The notes under the pieces: model-generated
What the model saw: only the letters and a program-made list of their open reading frames with translations
The model's database searches: none
What the model was told of the DNA's origin: nothing
Shown: positions 38,458-46,879 of the stretch, piece by piece
Numbering within the stretch: position 1 is the stretch's first letter
Layout: the number at the start of each line of letters is the position of its first letter
Position numbers and translations under genes: made by a program
DNA from: an uncultured Pseudomonadota bacterium
GTDB lineage: Bacteria; Pseudomonadota; Gammaproteobacteria; Steroidobacterales; Woeseiaceae
NCBI GenBank assembly: GCA_963775455.1
Contig: CAVZIU010000002.1
Location: 340,729-404,728 of the forward strand
Direction: 5' to 3'
DNA: 64,000 nt

Positions 38458-38870
38458 ACGCGGAGAAACTGTCCTGCGGAATCGTTCTCGCAAGAGTGGC
38501 GGACGGTGATCTGCTCACGCTTTTGCTGCGCGCGTGGCATCACTGGGACTTTCCGAAGGGCATACGCGAGGGCGACGAGGAGCCACTCAATGCGGCGGTG
38601 CGGGAGCTCTTCGAGGAAACCGGTATCGGCACCGTGGAGTTTCCCTGGGGCGACCGGTATTTCGAGACCGGTCCCTACAGCCACGGCAAGACCGCGCGCT
38701 ACTACCTTGCCGCGACGGAGCAGGACGCCGTGGTCATCGGTCCCTCACCGGAGACCGGCAAGCCGGAGCATCACGAATGGCGCTGGGTCAGTTTCGATGA
38801 AGCTTACGACCTGGCAGCGCCGCGCGTACGCTGCGTCGTGCAGTGGGCACGCCAGGTCATCGGTGCGTAG
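38454..38870 (+). CDS. NUDIX hydrolase
   Basis: Perfect Nudix box (GIREGDEEPLNAAVRELFEETGI). The GTG start at 38454 overlaps the ybbP ...ATG-TGA end. Confidence 0.8.
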   Translation: MNAEKLSCGIVLARVADGDLLTLLLRAWHHWDFPKGIREGDEEPLNAAVRELFEETGIGTVEFPWGDRYFETGPYSHGKTARYYLAATEQDAVVIGPSPETGKPEHHEWRWVSFDEAYDLAAPRVRCVVQWARQVIGA

Positions 38871-38876
38871 ATTCGA

Positions 38877-38914
38877 GGACAGTCGCCTGATTCTGCGGAA
38901 ACAGGCGACTGTCC
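38877..38914. terminator. strong hairpin between convergent NUDIX and lipoprotein genes (probable bidirectional terminator)
   Basis: A 13-bp perfect stem, GGACAGTCGCCTG (38877-38889) with CAGGCGACTGTCC (38902-38914). A second 7-bp hairpin, AGGCGAC/GTCGCCT, follows. The T-tracts are weak. Confidence 0.5.
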
Positions 38915-38950
38915 TTATCAGGCGACAAAAAGGTGGCGGTCGCCTTGGCG

Positions 38951-39568
38951 CTATTCGGTCGCGTTGACCGGTGTGTTGTTGCCCGCGCGGAACGGAAACT
39001 TCTCGAAGTACAGCGGCACCGCTTCCTTGACGGACTGTTCGATGTTGTCCAGCTTATCTTCCGTCACTTTCCCCACCCCGACGCATTCCCACACGAGCCG
39101 CTTTTTCTCGGCGTCGACGAGATCGATGTTGAAGGTGCCTTCCGTGTACTGGGAGACGTGCGTTTCCTGCGCATAACCGTAGCCGCCCCACGGATCGTAG
39201 TAGCCGCCCCGGTAGCCGTAATAGCCGACGCCGTAGCCGGTCATCGGCGCCGGTGAGGTGCTGACCTTGGTCTTGTCCTGCAATAACGCGTTGAAGTTGA
39301 TCAGGAGGTCGGGATTGTCGTCGGTCTTGCGGTAGCCTCGCGCCTGCATCTCCTGGTCGATGGCGGCCTTGACGTACTTCGAGAAAAGGTCCTCATAGCT
39401 CGCCCCGCCCGGCCCGGCATCGGCAAAGAAATTGTAGGTTTCGTATTCGGCGAAGTTGGAACTGCGGTCGTAGTCCGAACGCAGGTCAGGGCCCGAGGCA
39501 CATCCCGATGCCAGCAGGATCATCAACGGCAGGGCCGAAGCCTTGAGCAGTCTTGCTTGAATGCGCAC
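38951..39568 (-). CDS. DUF4136-like outer-membrane lipoprotein
   Basis: Signal peptide plus lipobox (LLASGCAS) and a Gly/Tyr-rich segment (GYGVGYYGYRGGYYDPWGGYGY). Confidence 0.7.
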   Translation of the reverse strand: MRIQARLLKASALPLMILLASGCASGPDLRSDYDRSSNFAEYETYNFFADAGPGGASYEDLFSKYVKAAIDQEMQARGYRKTDDNPDLLINFNALLQDKTKVSTSPAPMTGYGVGYYGYRGGYYDPWGGYGYAQETHVSQYTEGTFNIDLVDAEKKRLVWECVGVGKVTEDKLDNIEQSVKEAVPLYFEKFPFRAGNNTPVNATE

Positions 39569-39595
39569 AGCGAGTCTCCTTGGTTGTTCCGCAGC

Positions 39596-40549
39596 TTAAA
39601 CGATACGGTTTCTTCTATCGCCGGCCAGGAACGCCCGGATGTTGGCTGCCAGCTCTTCGATTGCGTTTTGCCGTGCCCGGTCGCTGGCCCACGCGATGTG
39701 CGGCGTCACGACGAGGTTGTCGCCAGTGTAATCGAGCAGTGGATCGCCGTCGACCGGTGGCTCGGAAGGCAATACGTCGATTGCGGCCCCGCCGATCCGG
39801 CCGTCGCGCAGTGCCGCGGCAAGCGCCTGCGAATCCACCAGGCCGCCGCGCGCCGTATTGATGAGCAACGCGTTGTTTTTCATGTCGGAAAATTCGCGCG
39901 CACCGAACAGCTTGCGCGTTTCGTCGTTGAGCGGGCAATGCAGGGAAATGACGTCTGCGCGAGCCAGCACCTCATCGAACGCCGTGCGCCCGTCGGGTAC
40001 CCGATGGGCGTGCCGGCGTGCGGCGATCAGCACCTCCATGCCGAACGCGCTGCCCATAGCCGCAACGCCCCGGCCGAGTTCCCCGTGGCCCACGACGCCG
40101 AGCGTCCGGCCGGTGAGTTCGGTGATCGGGTGGTCGAGCAGGAACGGCATGTCGGATTGCTTCCAGTGGCCCGCCGCGACCGACCGGCCATAAGCCGCCA
40201 GCCGGTGCGTCAGCAACAGCACGACGCCGAACACGTGCTCGACGACGGAGCGTGTGCAATAGCCGCGAATATTGGCGACTGCAATGCCGCGAGCGGCCGC
40301 GGTCTCGAGGTCGACGTTGTCCGTACCGGTAGCCGTCAGGCCGATGAAACGCAGGCGATCGGCAGCCGACAGGAGTTCGCGGCCGAGTCGCATCTTGTTC
40401 GTGAGCACGGCATCGGCAGCGGCGATCCGCCCTGGTAGTTGCGCGGGGCTCGTCGTGTCGAACACCGTGAGCTCGCCGACGGCGTCTTCGAGTACGGCCA
40501 GGTCCAGGCCGGGGCCCATGGTGGCGAAATCCAGAAACACGGCTTTCAT
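39596..40549 (-). CDS. D-isomer-specific 2-hydroxyacid dehydrogenase (glycerate/hydroxypyruvate reductase-like)
   Basis: The internal start gives MKAVFLDFATMGPG... It has an NAD-binding motif (GVVGHGELGRGVA) and LINTARGGLVD. Confidence 0.85.
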   Translation of the reverse strand: MKAVFLDFATMGPGLDLAVLEDAVGELTVFDTTSPAQLPGRIAAADAVLTNKMRLGRELLSAADRLRFIGLTATGTDNVDLETAAARGIAVANIRGYCTRSVVEHVFGVVLLLTHRLAAYGRSVAAGHWKQSDMPFLLDHPITELTGRTLGVVGHGELGRGVAAMGSAFGMEVLIAARRHAHRVPDGRTAFDEVLARADVISLHCPLNDETRKLFGAREFSDMKNNALLINTARGGLVDSQALAAALRDGRIGGAAIDVLPSEPPVDGDPLLDYTGDNLVVTPHIAWASDRARQNAIEELAANIRAFLAGDRRNRIV

Positions 40550-40598
40550 GGCAACCGGTCTTACCTTCGGCGCACGCGCGGGTGACAATCGGCGCACG

Positions 40599-41054
40599 AT
40601 GGCCGAAGAATTCTGGAAACGCAAATCGCTCGCCGAACTCGATCAGCCCGAATGGGAATCCCTGTGCGACGGCTGCGCGCTGTGCTGTATGCACAAGGTC
40701 GAGGACGAGGACAGCGGTGCACTGTTCTACACGAACCTGGCGTGCCGGCTGCTGGACACGCACAGCTGCCGCTGCACCGATTACGCGAGGCGTGCAAAAC
40801 TCGTGTCCGACTGCCTGCGCCTGTCCGCCGATTCCACCGCGGCATTCGAGTGGCTGCCCGAGACCTGCGCCTACCGCCTGCTGGCGCACGGCCGGGATCT
40901 TCCCGCATGGCACCCGCTGGTCACGGGCGACCCGGAGTCGGTGCATACCGCGGGCATCTCGGTACGCGGCAAGGTCCGCTCCGAACGCGACACCGACGAG
41001 TGGACCGAACTGTGGACGGTGCACGCGCCTGCTGAGAATCCCGATTCGGACTAG
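40599..41054 (+). CDS. ycgN: YcgN family cysteine-cluster protein (UPF0260)
   Basis: MAEEFWKRKSLAELDQPEWESLCDGCALCCMHK...CRLLDTHSCRCTDY. Confidence 0.85.
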   Translation: MAEEFWKRKSLAELDQPEWESLCDGCALCCMHKVEDEDSGALFYTNLACRLLDTHSCRCTDYARRAKLVSDCLRLSADSTAAFEWLPETCAYRLLAHGRDLPAWHPLVTGDPESVHTAGISVRGKVRSERDTDEWTELWTVHAPAENPDSD

Positions 41055-43768
41055 CCCGTGTTCTGCAGGCCCTGCGCGATGCCGTTGACACTCGCAAGCA
41101 GTGCGTGAAACACGGCTTCGTCGGTGTAGTCCGAGGCACGCCAGCGGCGCAGCAGGTCGACCTGCATGAGGCTCATCGGATCGACGTAGGGATTGCGGAG
41201 CATGATCGCACGCTGCAGCGTGCGATCGCCCTCGAGCAGTTCGTCGTGCTGCGAATACTCGAGGATGAGGCTGCGCGTCAGCTCGAATTCGGCCTCGATA
41301 CGCGGGAAGAATTGCTCGTGCAGCTCGCCGGACAGGGTCGAATAGATTCTTGCGATGCCCATGTCGGCCTTGGCCAGCACCATCTCGACGTCGGCCGTGA
41401 GCGCACGCATGAAATACCATTCCTGGAGCATGTTGCGAAACGCCGCGTCGTCGAATTGTTCGCTCGCCAACTTGAGGCCGGTGCCGAAGCCGTACCAGCC
41501 GGGCAACACGAAGCGCGACTGGGTCCAGGAGAACACCCAGGGGATGGCGCGCAGGTCACGGATGCCCGCATTGCTGCGGCGTGACGAGGGGCGCGAGCCG
41601 ATCCGCATGCGTTCGATGACGTCGATGGGCGTAGCGGCACGGAAATACGCGGTGAAATCCGGGTCGTTGTAGACGAGGTCGCGGTAAGACTTGCGACTCG
41701 CACGCGCGACCACGTCCATCATCGCGTGCCATTCCGGCTGGTCATTGCCGCGATGGCGCGGGATCGCCGTGGCGAGCGCCACCGAACCCGTGACCTGCTC
41801 GAGTGTCCTGAGCGCGATGCCGCGCAGCCCGTACTTCTCGTTGATGATTTCGCCCTGCTCGGTGACGCGGAGCCGGCCGTTGACCGTGCCGGGCGGGGCA
41901 CCCAGCACGGCGACATGCGTCTTGCTTCCGCCGCGGCTGATGGTGCCGCCACGGCCGTGAAACAGCGTGAGTTCGATGCCTTTCGACTCGACCGTGGCGA
42001 CCAGCGTTTCCTGTGCGTTCTGCAGTGCCCAACGCGCGGACGCCAGGCCGCCGTCTTTGTTGCTGTCCGAGTAGCCGATCATCACCATCTGGCGGTTGTC
42101 ACGCGACTCGAGATGATCGCGATACAACTTCGTCGACAGCAGGCTCTCGAGAATCTCCGGGCCTTTCTCGAGGTCGTCGACGGTCTCCAGGAGCGGCGCC
42201 ACGTCGATGGGAACGTCGCCGCCGCGGTCATGCAGGTCGCCCCAGTTCGCGAGCAACAGGACGGACAGGATATCGTCGGCACCCTGGGTCATGCTGACGA
42301 TGTAGGGTCCGGTCGCTTCCCTGCCGTACTTGCGCTGGCAGAACGCGATCGCCTGGAATGCCGCCAGGGTCTTGCGCACCTGGTTGGACAGGTTGAGCGG
42401 CGCGCTCTCGCGGCCTTCGATCGCCTCGACGATGCGCGCCGAGCGCTGCTCCACCGACCAGCTGTCCCAGTCGTCGATGCCCAGGCACTCGCCGACCACC
42501 TGCCGGTGCACGAGTGCGTCCTGGCGGACGTCCAGCGTGACGAGGTGAAAGCCGAAAGTTTCGATGCGCCGCAAAAGCCGCTTCACCGTGAACAGTCCGG
42601 CATGCTCGCCCTTGTTCTCCCTGAGGCTGTCGGCGACGAGCTCGATATCGGCCCGGAACTGCTCCACGCGTTCGTAGGGGAACACGTCGTCGTCATAAGT
42701 CGACTGCAGGCGTTGCTGCACGAGGCGCAGGAACACGCGGTATGGCATGTCGCGATGCCGCGCCGGCACGGAATGATAGGCCTGCTGGAACACGCCGCGA
42801 TATTCGTCGAGCTTGTCCAGCAATTCCTTCTTCACCGGAACGCGCTCGACGGACTGGCTGAGCCGGGTCGCGAGCATGCCGCATTCGCTGAAATAGAGGT
42901 CCAGCACCAGCGAGCGTTGCCGCGTCAGCGTCTCGCGTATGGTCTTCGCATTGACGTTCGGATTGCCGTCCATATCGCCGCCGACCCACGAGCCGAAACG
43001 CACGATGGTCTTCACGTCGAACGAGAATCCGTCTTCGCCGTAGATGCGGTCCAGTGCGGTTTCGAGATCCTCGTAGAACGGCGGCATCGCGCGATACAGG
43101 ACGTCGGTAAGGAAGAACAGCACGTGCTCGAGTTCGTCGGCAACGCTCATCTGTTCGGACGGATGTTCCTCCGTCTGCCAGCCGGTCGTGATCAACAGTC
43201 GGATGTTGGCGAGCGCGGCCTTCGCCTCCTGCGGTGTCTTGGTCGGGTTCAGCAGGTCGACCAGGTGTTTGACGATATTTTGTTCCTTGCGCAGCATCGT
43301 GCGCCGGGTCGGTTCCGTGGGATGCGCGGTGAACACGGGTTCGATGAGCATCGAATCCAGCAATGCCTGCACTTGGGTTGCGGATTTGCCGGCGGCCTTT
43401 AGCTTGATGAAACTGTCTTCGAGCCCGCCCGGCTGGTAGTGCCCGACCTCCAGCAGGTAGTCGCGGCGCCGGCGGATGCGATGCACTTTCTCGGCGGTGT
43501 TTACCATCTGGAAATAGGTCGAGAAAGCGCGGATGACCGACAGCGCGAATTTGGCATCGAGGTTCGCGACCAGGGCGGCGAGTTCCTCGCCGGGCTTCTC
43601 GTTGTCCTCGCGGCGGCGGATCGCACGCAGGCGCGCGTTTTCGACGAAATCGAACAGTTCCTGGCCGCCCTGTTCGACCAGCAGCTCGCCGATCATCGCG
43701 CCGAGCATGCGCACGTCGTCACGCAGCGCCTGGTCCTTGTCCTCGAATGTGATGTCCTGGCGGCGCAA
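41051..43768 (-). CDS. ppc: phosphoenolpyruvate carboxylase
   Basis: VFTAHPTE, VMIGYSDSNKDGG and a C-terminal ...GLQNTG. The N-terminal LRDDVRMLG motif forces a start near 43770. There is no ATG there, so I chose the in-frame TTG at 43768 (905 aa). The remaining 452 codons of the 1357-aa ORF-track ORF are antisense to another gene. Confidence 0.9.
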   Translation of the reverse strand: MRRQDITFEDKDQALRDDVRMLGAMIGELLVEQGGQELFDFVENARLRAIRRREDNEKPGEELAALVANLDAKFALSVIRAFSTYFQMVNTAEKVHRIRRRRDYLLEVGHYQPGGLEDSFIKLKAAGKSATQVQALLDSMLIEPVFTAHPTEPTRRTMLRKEQNIVKHLVDLLNPTKTPQEAKAALANIRLLITTGWQTEEHPSEQMSVADELEHVLFFLTDVLYRAMPPFYEDLETALDRIYGEDGFSFDVKTIVRFGSWVGGDMDGNPNVNAKTIRETLTRQRSLVLDLYFSECGMLATRLSQSVERVPVKKELLDKLDEYRGVFQQAYHSVPARHRDMPYRVFLRLVQQRLQSTYDDDVFPYERVEQFRADIELVADSLRENKGEHAGLFTVKRLLRRIETFGFHLVTLDVRQDALVHRQVVGECLGIDDWDSWSVEQRSARIVEAIEGRESAPLNLSNQVRKTLAAFQAIAFCQRKYGREATGPYIVSMTQGADDILSVLLLANWGDLHDRGGDVPIDVAPLLETVDDLEKGPEILESLLSTKLYRDHLESRDNRQMVMIGYSDSNKDGGLASARWALQNAQETLVATVESKGIELTLFHGRGGTISRGGSKTHVAVLGAPPGTVNGRLRVTEQGEIINEKYGLRGIALRTLEQVTGSVALATAIPRHRGNDQPEWHAMMDVVARASRKSYRDLVYNDPDFTAYFRAATPIDVIERMRIGSRPSSRRSNAGIRDLRAIPWVFSWTQSRFVLPGWYGFGTGLKLASEQFDDAAFRNMLQEWYFMRALTADVEMVLAKADMGIARIYSTLSGELHEQFFPRIEAEFELTRSLILEYSQHDELLEGDRTLQRAIMLRNPYVDPMSLMQVDLLRRWRASDYTDEAVFHALLASVNGIAQGLQNTG

Positions 43769-43918
43769 TGGGGCTTCAGTGGGAGTCGGGGGGAGGGAAA
43801 AGCGTCGCGACAATAGCAAAAACGCGGAAGCATGCACAGATAAGCAGCACCCAGCGGCTGGCTTTGTCGCCGACAATGAACACGAAGCTCGTTTTCTCTC
43901 GACCCAGGGACGGATGTC

Positions 43919-45127
43919 ATGCCGGAAGCACAACGGCGGAGAAACGCGAGCGTGCCACGGTCCGCAGGACTGCCGCTGCAACAAAGCGGCGTTGCAATCG
44001 CGATAACAGTTCCCGATGTAATCAACTGTGCGAATGCGCGGGTACGCTGCGTCGAACAACTCGTCGATCTGGCCGCCTGCGCGGTGCCCGTTGCGGTACG
44101 GCCGACCGGATTTGGCGCCGGCGAATCCGCGGCGCTGGTCGAATTCTTCCGCATCCTCGCCGCGGGCTGCACGCAGGCGGGTCTTGCCTGCTCGGCGCTC
44201 GAGGTCACGATCGACGCGAACCACGCGCCGCCGGACGCGGCGTTCTATCTCGCGCGGCATCATTTCGGCGCCGGGGCCGTCAACCTGCTCGTCGACGCCG
44301 CGGCCTTCGCGCGCTGGCAGGACTGGCTGTGGCGGACACGGCTCGATGGCCGGCGGCGGATCGCCTGCTGGCCGCTGGTCAGGAGCGCCTGCCCGCTGCT
44401 GGCCGCAGAAGCCGCAGGCGACGTGCTGCCGGGCGTAGCGCTGCAGGCTCCTCTGCAATCCGCATGGCTCTGCGCGCGCGTGCGCCTCGATCAATTCGTA
44501 GCTCACGGCGGTGAACTCGACCGCGAATCCCTCCTTCAACGTTTGCTGGACATCGTCGATGCGGCCGACCGCATGCACGACGGCAGCGCCTGGCCCACCC
44601 CGGCGATGCGCCAGGATGCCTGGCTCAACCGGCGGCTGGCGATCCGCGTCGACGGCGTCGGAGACCTCGTGCGTGCACTCGGCCTGGATCCCGGACGGCA
44701 CGCCACGCTGGAGATGCTCAAGGACTTGTTCGCGTCGCTGCGCAACGCCGTGCTGCGGCACTCGAGGCAGCTCGCCAATGACGTCGAGACTTTGCCGGCG
44801 ATTGCCGCGAGCGGGCCATGGCACGCGGCCTGCGACGAAGCGAGCGCCGTCGCATGGCAACAGCGCTGGCTGCACGCCGTGCGCCTCTCGGCCACGCGGC
44901 ACCGTAACCTGCTGGCGATGTCGCCGTGGTCCGTGTTTCCTGCCGGCGATGCTGATTTTCACTACGCCGACCTGCTGCCCCTGATCGAGCACGCGGACTG
45001 CTGCGCGATCGACGGACAGCCGCCGCTCGGTAATTGGAGCATGAGCAGGTTCGTCGCTTTTCATGCGCGCATACGCGCCATCCTGCACCGACTGTGTACG
45101 GCCTACGTCGTTGCGGAGCAGCACTGA
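43919..45127 (+). CDS. hypothetical protein (402 aa) with ribonucleotide-reductase-like C-terminal motifs
   Basis: GC3 is high throughout this frame, whereas the overlapping minus-strand ORF is only an extension of ppc. The motifs WLCARVRLDQFV, LLDIVDAADRMHDGSAWPTP, NRRLAIRVDGVGDLV and RHRNLLAMSPWSV resemble the RNR barrel (see findings). The start codon is uncertain. Confidence 0.6.
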   Translation: MPEAQRRRNASVPRSAGLPLQQSGVAIAITVPDVINCANARVRCVEQLVDLAACAVPVAVRPTGFGAGESAALVEFFRILAAGCTQAGLACSALEVTIDANHAPPDAAFYLARHHFGAGAVNLLVDAAAFARWQDWLWRTRLDGRRRIACWPLVRSACPLLAAEAAGDVLPGVALQAPLQSAWLCARVRLDQFVAHGGELDRESLLQRLLDIVDAADRMHDGSAWPTPAMRQDAWLNRRLAIRVDGVGDLVRALGLDPGRHATLEMLKDLFASLRNAVLRHSRQLANDVETLPAIAASGPWHAACDEASAVAWQQRWLHAVRLSATRHRNLLAMSPWSVFPAGDADFHYADLLPLIEHADCCAIDGQPPLGNWSMSRFVAFHARIRAILHRLCTAYVVAEQH

Positions 45128-45251
45128 ACCGGGAACGGACTACGGTCGGCTTCTCACTCTGCTCGTCTGCCATCCACGTGATTACGCGATAGTTCACTCG
45201 TTGCCCGTGCAACCATTGACGCTGTATGCGGCGCTGGTGATACTCGCGCCC

Positions 45252-45314
45252 GTGAACAACTTCGTCGCCAAGGCATGGTGGTGGGCTACCCCCGAGGAGT
45301 GGGTGGCCGGCTGA
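45252..45314 (+). CDS. trpL: putative trp operon leader peptide (20 aa, WWW)
   Basis: GTG-AAC-AAC-TTC-GTC-GCC-AAG-GCA-TGG-TGG-TGG-GCT-ACC-CCC-GAG-GAG-TGG-GTG-GCC-GGC-TGA. Three consecutive Trp codons lie at 45276-45284. It is followed by alternative hairpins and a terminator, and sits directly upstream of trpE. An alternative TTG start lies at 45216. Confidence 0.55.
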   Translation: MNNFVAKAWWWATPEEWVAG

Positions 45315-45341
45315 ACCTCGCTTAAGCGAAACGAATCCGAG

Positions 45342-45376
45342 AGCCCATCTCCGCACTGCGAAGGTGGGCTTTTTTG
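45342..45376 (+). terminator. trp attenuator terminator
   Basis: AGCCCATCTCCGC pairs with GCGAAGGTGGGCT (12 bp, one mismatch, one G-U, 3-nt loop), followed by TTTTTT (45370-45375). Confidence 0.7.
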
Positions 45377-45386
45377 TTGGCGTTCT

Positions 45387-45450
45387 GTTGGAGCGCTGTT
45401 GGAGCGCCCCGCGGGCGCGACCTGGTCGCGCGCATGGCGCGCTCCAACAA
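45387..45450. repeat. REP elements (GTTGGAGCGC family): one partial copy plus an inverted pair
   Basis: GTTGGAGCGC (45387-45396), TGTTGGAGCGCCCCGCGGGCGCGACC (45397-45422) and the inverted GGTCGCGCGCATGGCGCGCTCCAACAA (45424-45450). They lie between the attenuator terminator and the trpE start. Confidence 0.75.
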
Positions 45451-45464
45451 GTACGAATTGAGGC

Positions 45465-46850
45465 ATGCAAGCACCTTTCGACATAGCAGCCGATCTCGAC
45501 ACCCCGGTTTCCGCTTTCCTGAAACTCGGGCCGCTGTCGCCGCGCTACCTGCTCGAGTCCGTCGAGGGCGGCGAGCGGCTCGCGCGCTATTCCTTTCTCG
45601 GTTTCGGCAAGGCGCTCGACATGCGCATGGATGCCACGAGTCTCACGGTCGGCGGCGAGACGAAGTCGCGGCCGACGACCCGGGCGGAGTATCTCGGCAC
45701 GCTGCGCGAGCTGCTCGGGCGTGCCCCGCGGCCGGTGCCGGCAGTCGAAGGCCTTCCGTTCCCGGGCGGCCTCGTCGGCGTGTCCGGCTATGACGTAGTG
45801 CGGCTCTTCGAGCGGCTTCCGCGGCTGACGACGCCGCGTAACAAGCTGCCCGAGGCGGCGTTCACGGCCACGGAGTCGCTGCTGGTGTTCGATCACCTCA
45901 CGCGCCGGGTCGCGCTTTTGCACGACGGTCCGGAGAGCACGCGCCGGAAACTGCGCGAAGAGGTCGTGCGCTGCCTGCGCGGCGCGGTTCCGCGGCCGCC
46001 CGGCAATCCCAGGATCGGGCCCGCCGCGGCCAGCGTCAGCGAGGACGAACACTGCGGGCGCGTGCAGGCTTGCAAGGAATACATCGCGTCGGGAGACATC
46101 TATCAGATCGTCATCTCCGTGCTGTTCCGCGGCCAGGCCGACGTGTCGCCGTTCGAGGTGTACCGCGCGATGCGCCTGATCAATCCTTCGCCCTACATGT
46201 TCTATTTCGATTTCGGCGACCTGAAGATCGTCGGCTCCTCACCGGAAGCGCTGGTGCGGCTGCACGGCCGGCGCGCGTCCCTGCGTCCGATCGCCGGCAC
46301 GCTGCCGCGCGGGGCAGATCCCGCCGAGGACACGGCCAACGAGCGTCGCCTGCTCGCCGATCCGAAGGAAGCGGCCGAACACGTGATGCTGGTGGACCTC
46401 GCACGCAACGACCTCGGCCGCGTCGCCCGCGCCGGCAGCGTGTTCGTGGACCCGTACCGCTCGATCGAACGCTACAGTCACGTGATGCACATCGTGAGTG
46501 GCGTGCAGGGCGTACTCGACGACCGCTACGACCAGTTCGACCTGTTTGCCGCCAGCTTTCCCGCCGGCACGCTGGTCGGCGCGCCGAAGGTGAGGGCCAT
46601 GGAGATCATCGAGGAAATGGAAGCCGTCGGGCGCGGGCTGTATGGCGGCACTGCCGGCTACTTCGGCTCCACGGGCGACATGGATCAGGCCATCACGATT
46701 CGCACGCTGGTTTTCTCCGGCGACGAGTACAGTTTCCAGGCGGGTGGCGGAATCGTGGCAGACTCGGTGCCGGCGCACGAATACCAGGAAGTGCTGGCGA
46801 AGAGCGCGATCCTGAGGCGGGCGCTGGAGATCGCGGGAGAAGGACTGTGA
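45465..46850 (+). CDS. trpE: anthranilate synthase component I
   Basis: 461 aa with [33 protein letters not shown] and GGGIVADS. Confidence 0.95.
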   Translation: MQAPFDIAADLDTPVSAFLKLGPLSPRYLLESVEGGERLARYSFLGFGKALDMRMDATSLTVGGETKSRPTTRAEYLGTLRELLGRAPRPVPAVEGLPFPGGLVGVSGYDVVRLFERLPRLTTPRNKLPEAAFTATESLLVFDHLTRRVALLHDGPESTRRKLREEVVRCLRGAVPRPPGNPRIGPAAASVSEDEHCGRVQACKEYIASGDIYQIVISVLFRGQADVSPFEVYRAMRLINPSPYMFYFDFGDLKIVGSSPEALVRLHGRRASLRPIAGTLPRGADPAEDTANERRLLADPKEAAEHVMLVDLARNDLGRVARAGSVFVDPYRSIERYSHVMHIVSGVQGVLDDRYDQFDLFAASFPAGTLVGAPKVRAMEIIEEMEAVGRGLYGGTAGYFGSTGDMDQAITIRTLVFSGDEYSFQAGGGIVADSVPAHEYQEVLAKSAILRRALEIAGEGL

Positions 46851-46879
46851 CGGCGACACCGAAGCCAGGCGGCGTCCGC

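Noticed and set aside
43781-43797. The G-run GGGAGTCGGGGGGAGGG in the ppc/orphan-ORF divergent region, considered as a G-quadruplex.
   Set aside because: There are only three clearly separable G-tracts. Such runs are unremarkable in a high-GC genome.
43769-45124. The N-terminal 452 codons of the 1357-aa minus-strand ORF that contains ppc.
   Set aside because: PEP carboxylase homology begins at ...LRDDVRMLG, near 43750. The upstream part has no Ppc-like sequence and is antisense to a plus-strand ORF with better codon statistics.
45216-45244. The sigma70-like hexamers TTGACG-17 nt-GATACT, considered as the trp promoter.
   Set aside because: They would place the TSS at about 45251, directly on the proposed GTG start of the leader peptide. 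This is incompatible with a normal SD-led start, and leaderless initiation usually needs AUG. Either the hexamers are fortuitous or the TTG inside them is the real leader start. The question remains unresolved without TSS data.
45063-45314. The 83-aa ORF-track ORF ending in ...AKAWWWATPEEWVAG, considered as a full-length protein.
   Set aside because: Its first 65 nt overlap the end of the preceding gene, and the middle part has no coding signal. Only the last ~20 codons are interpreted, as the leader peptide.
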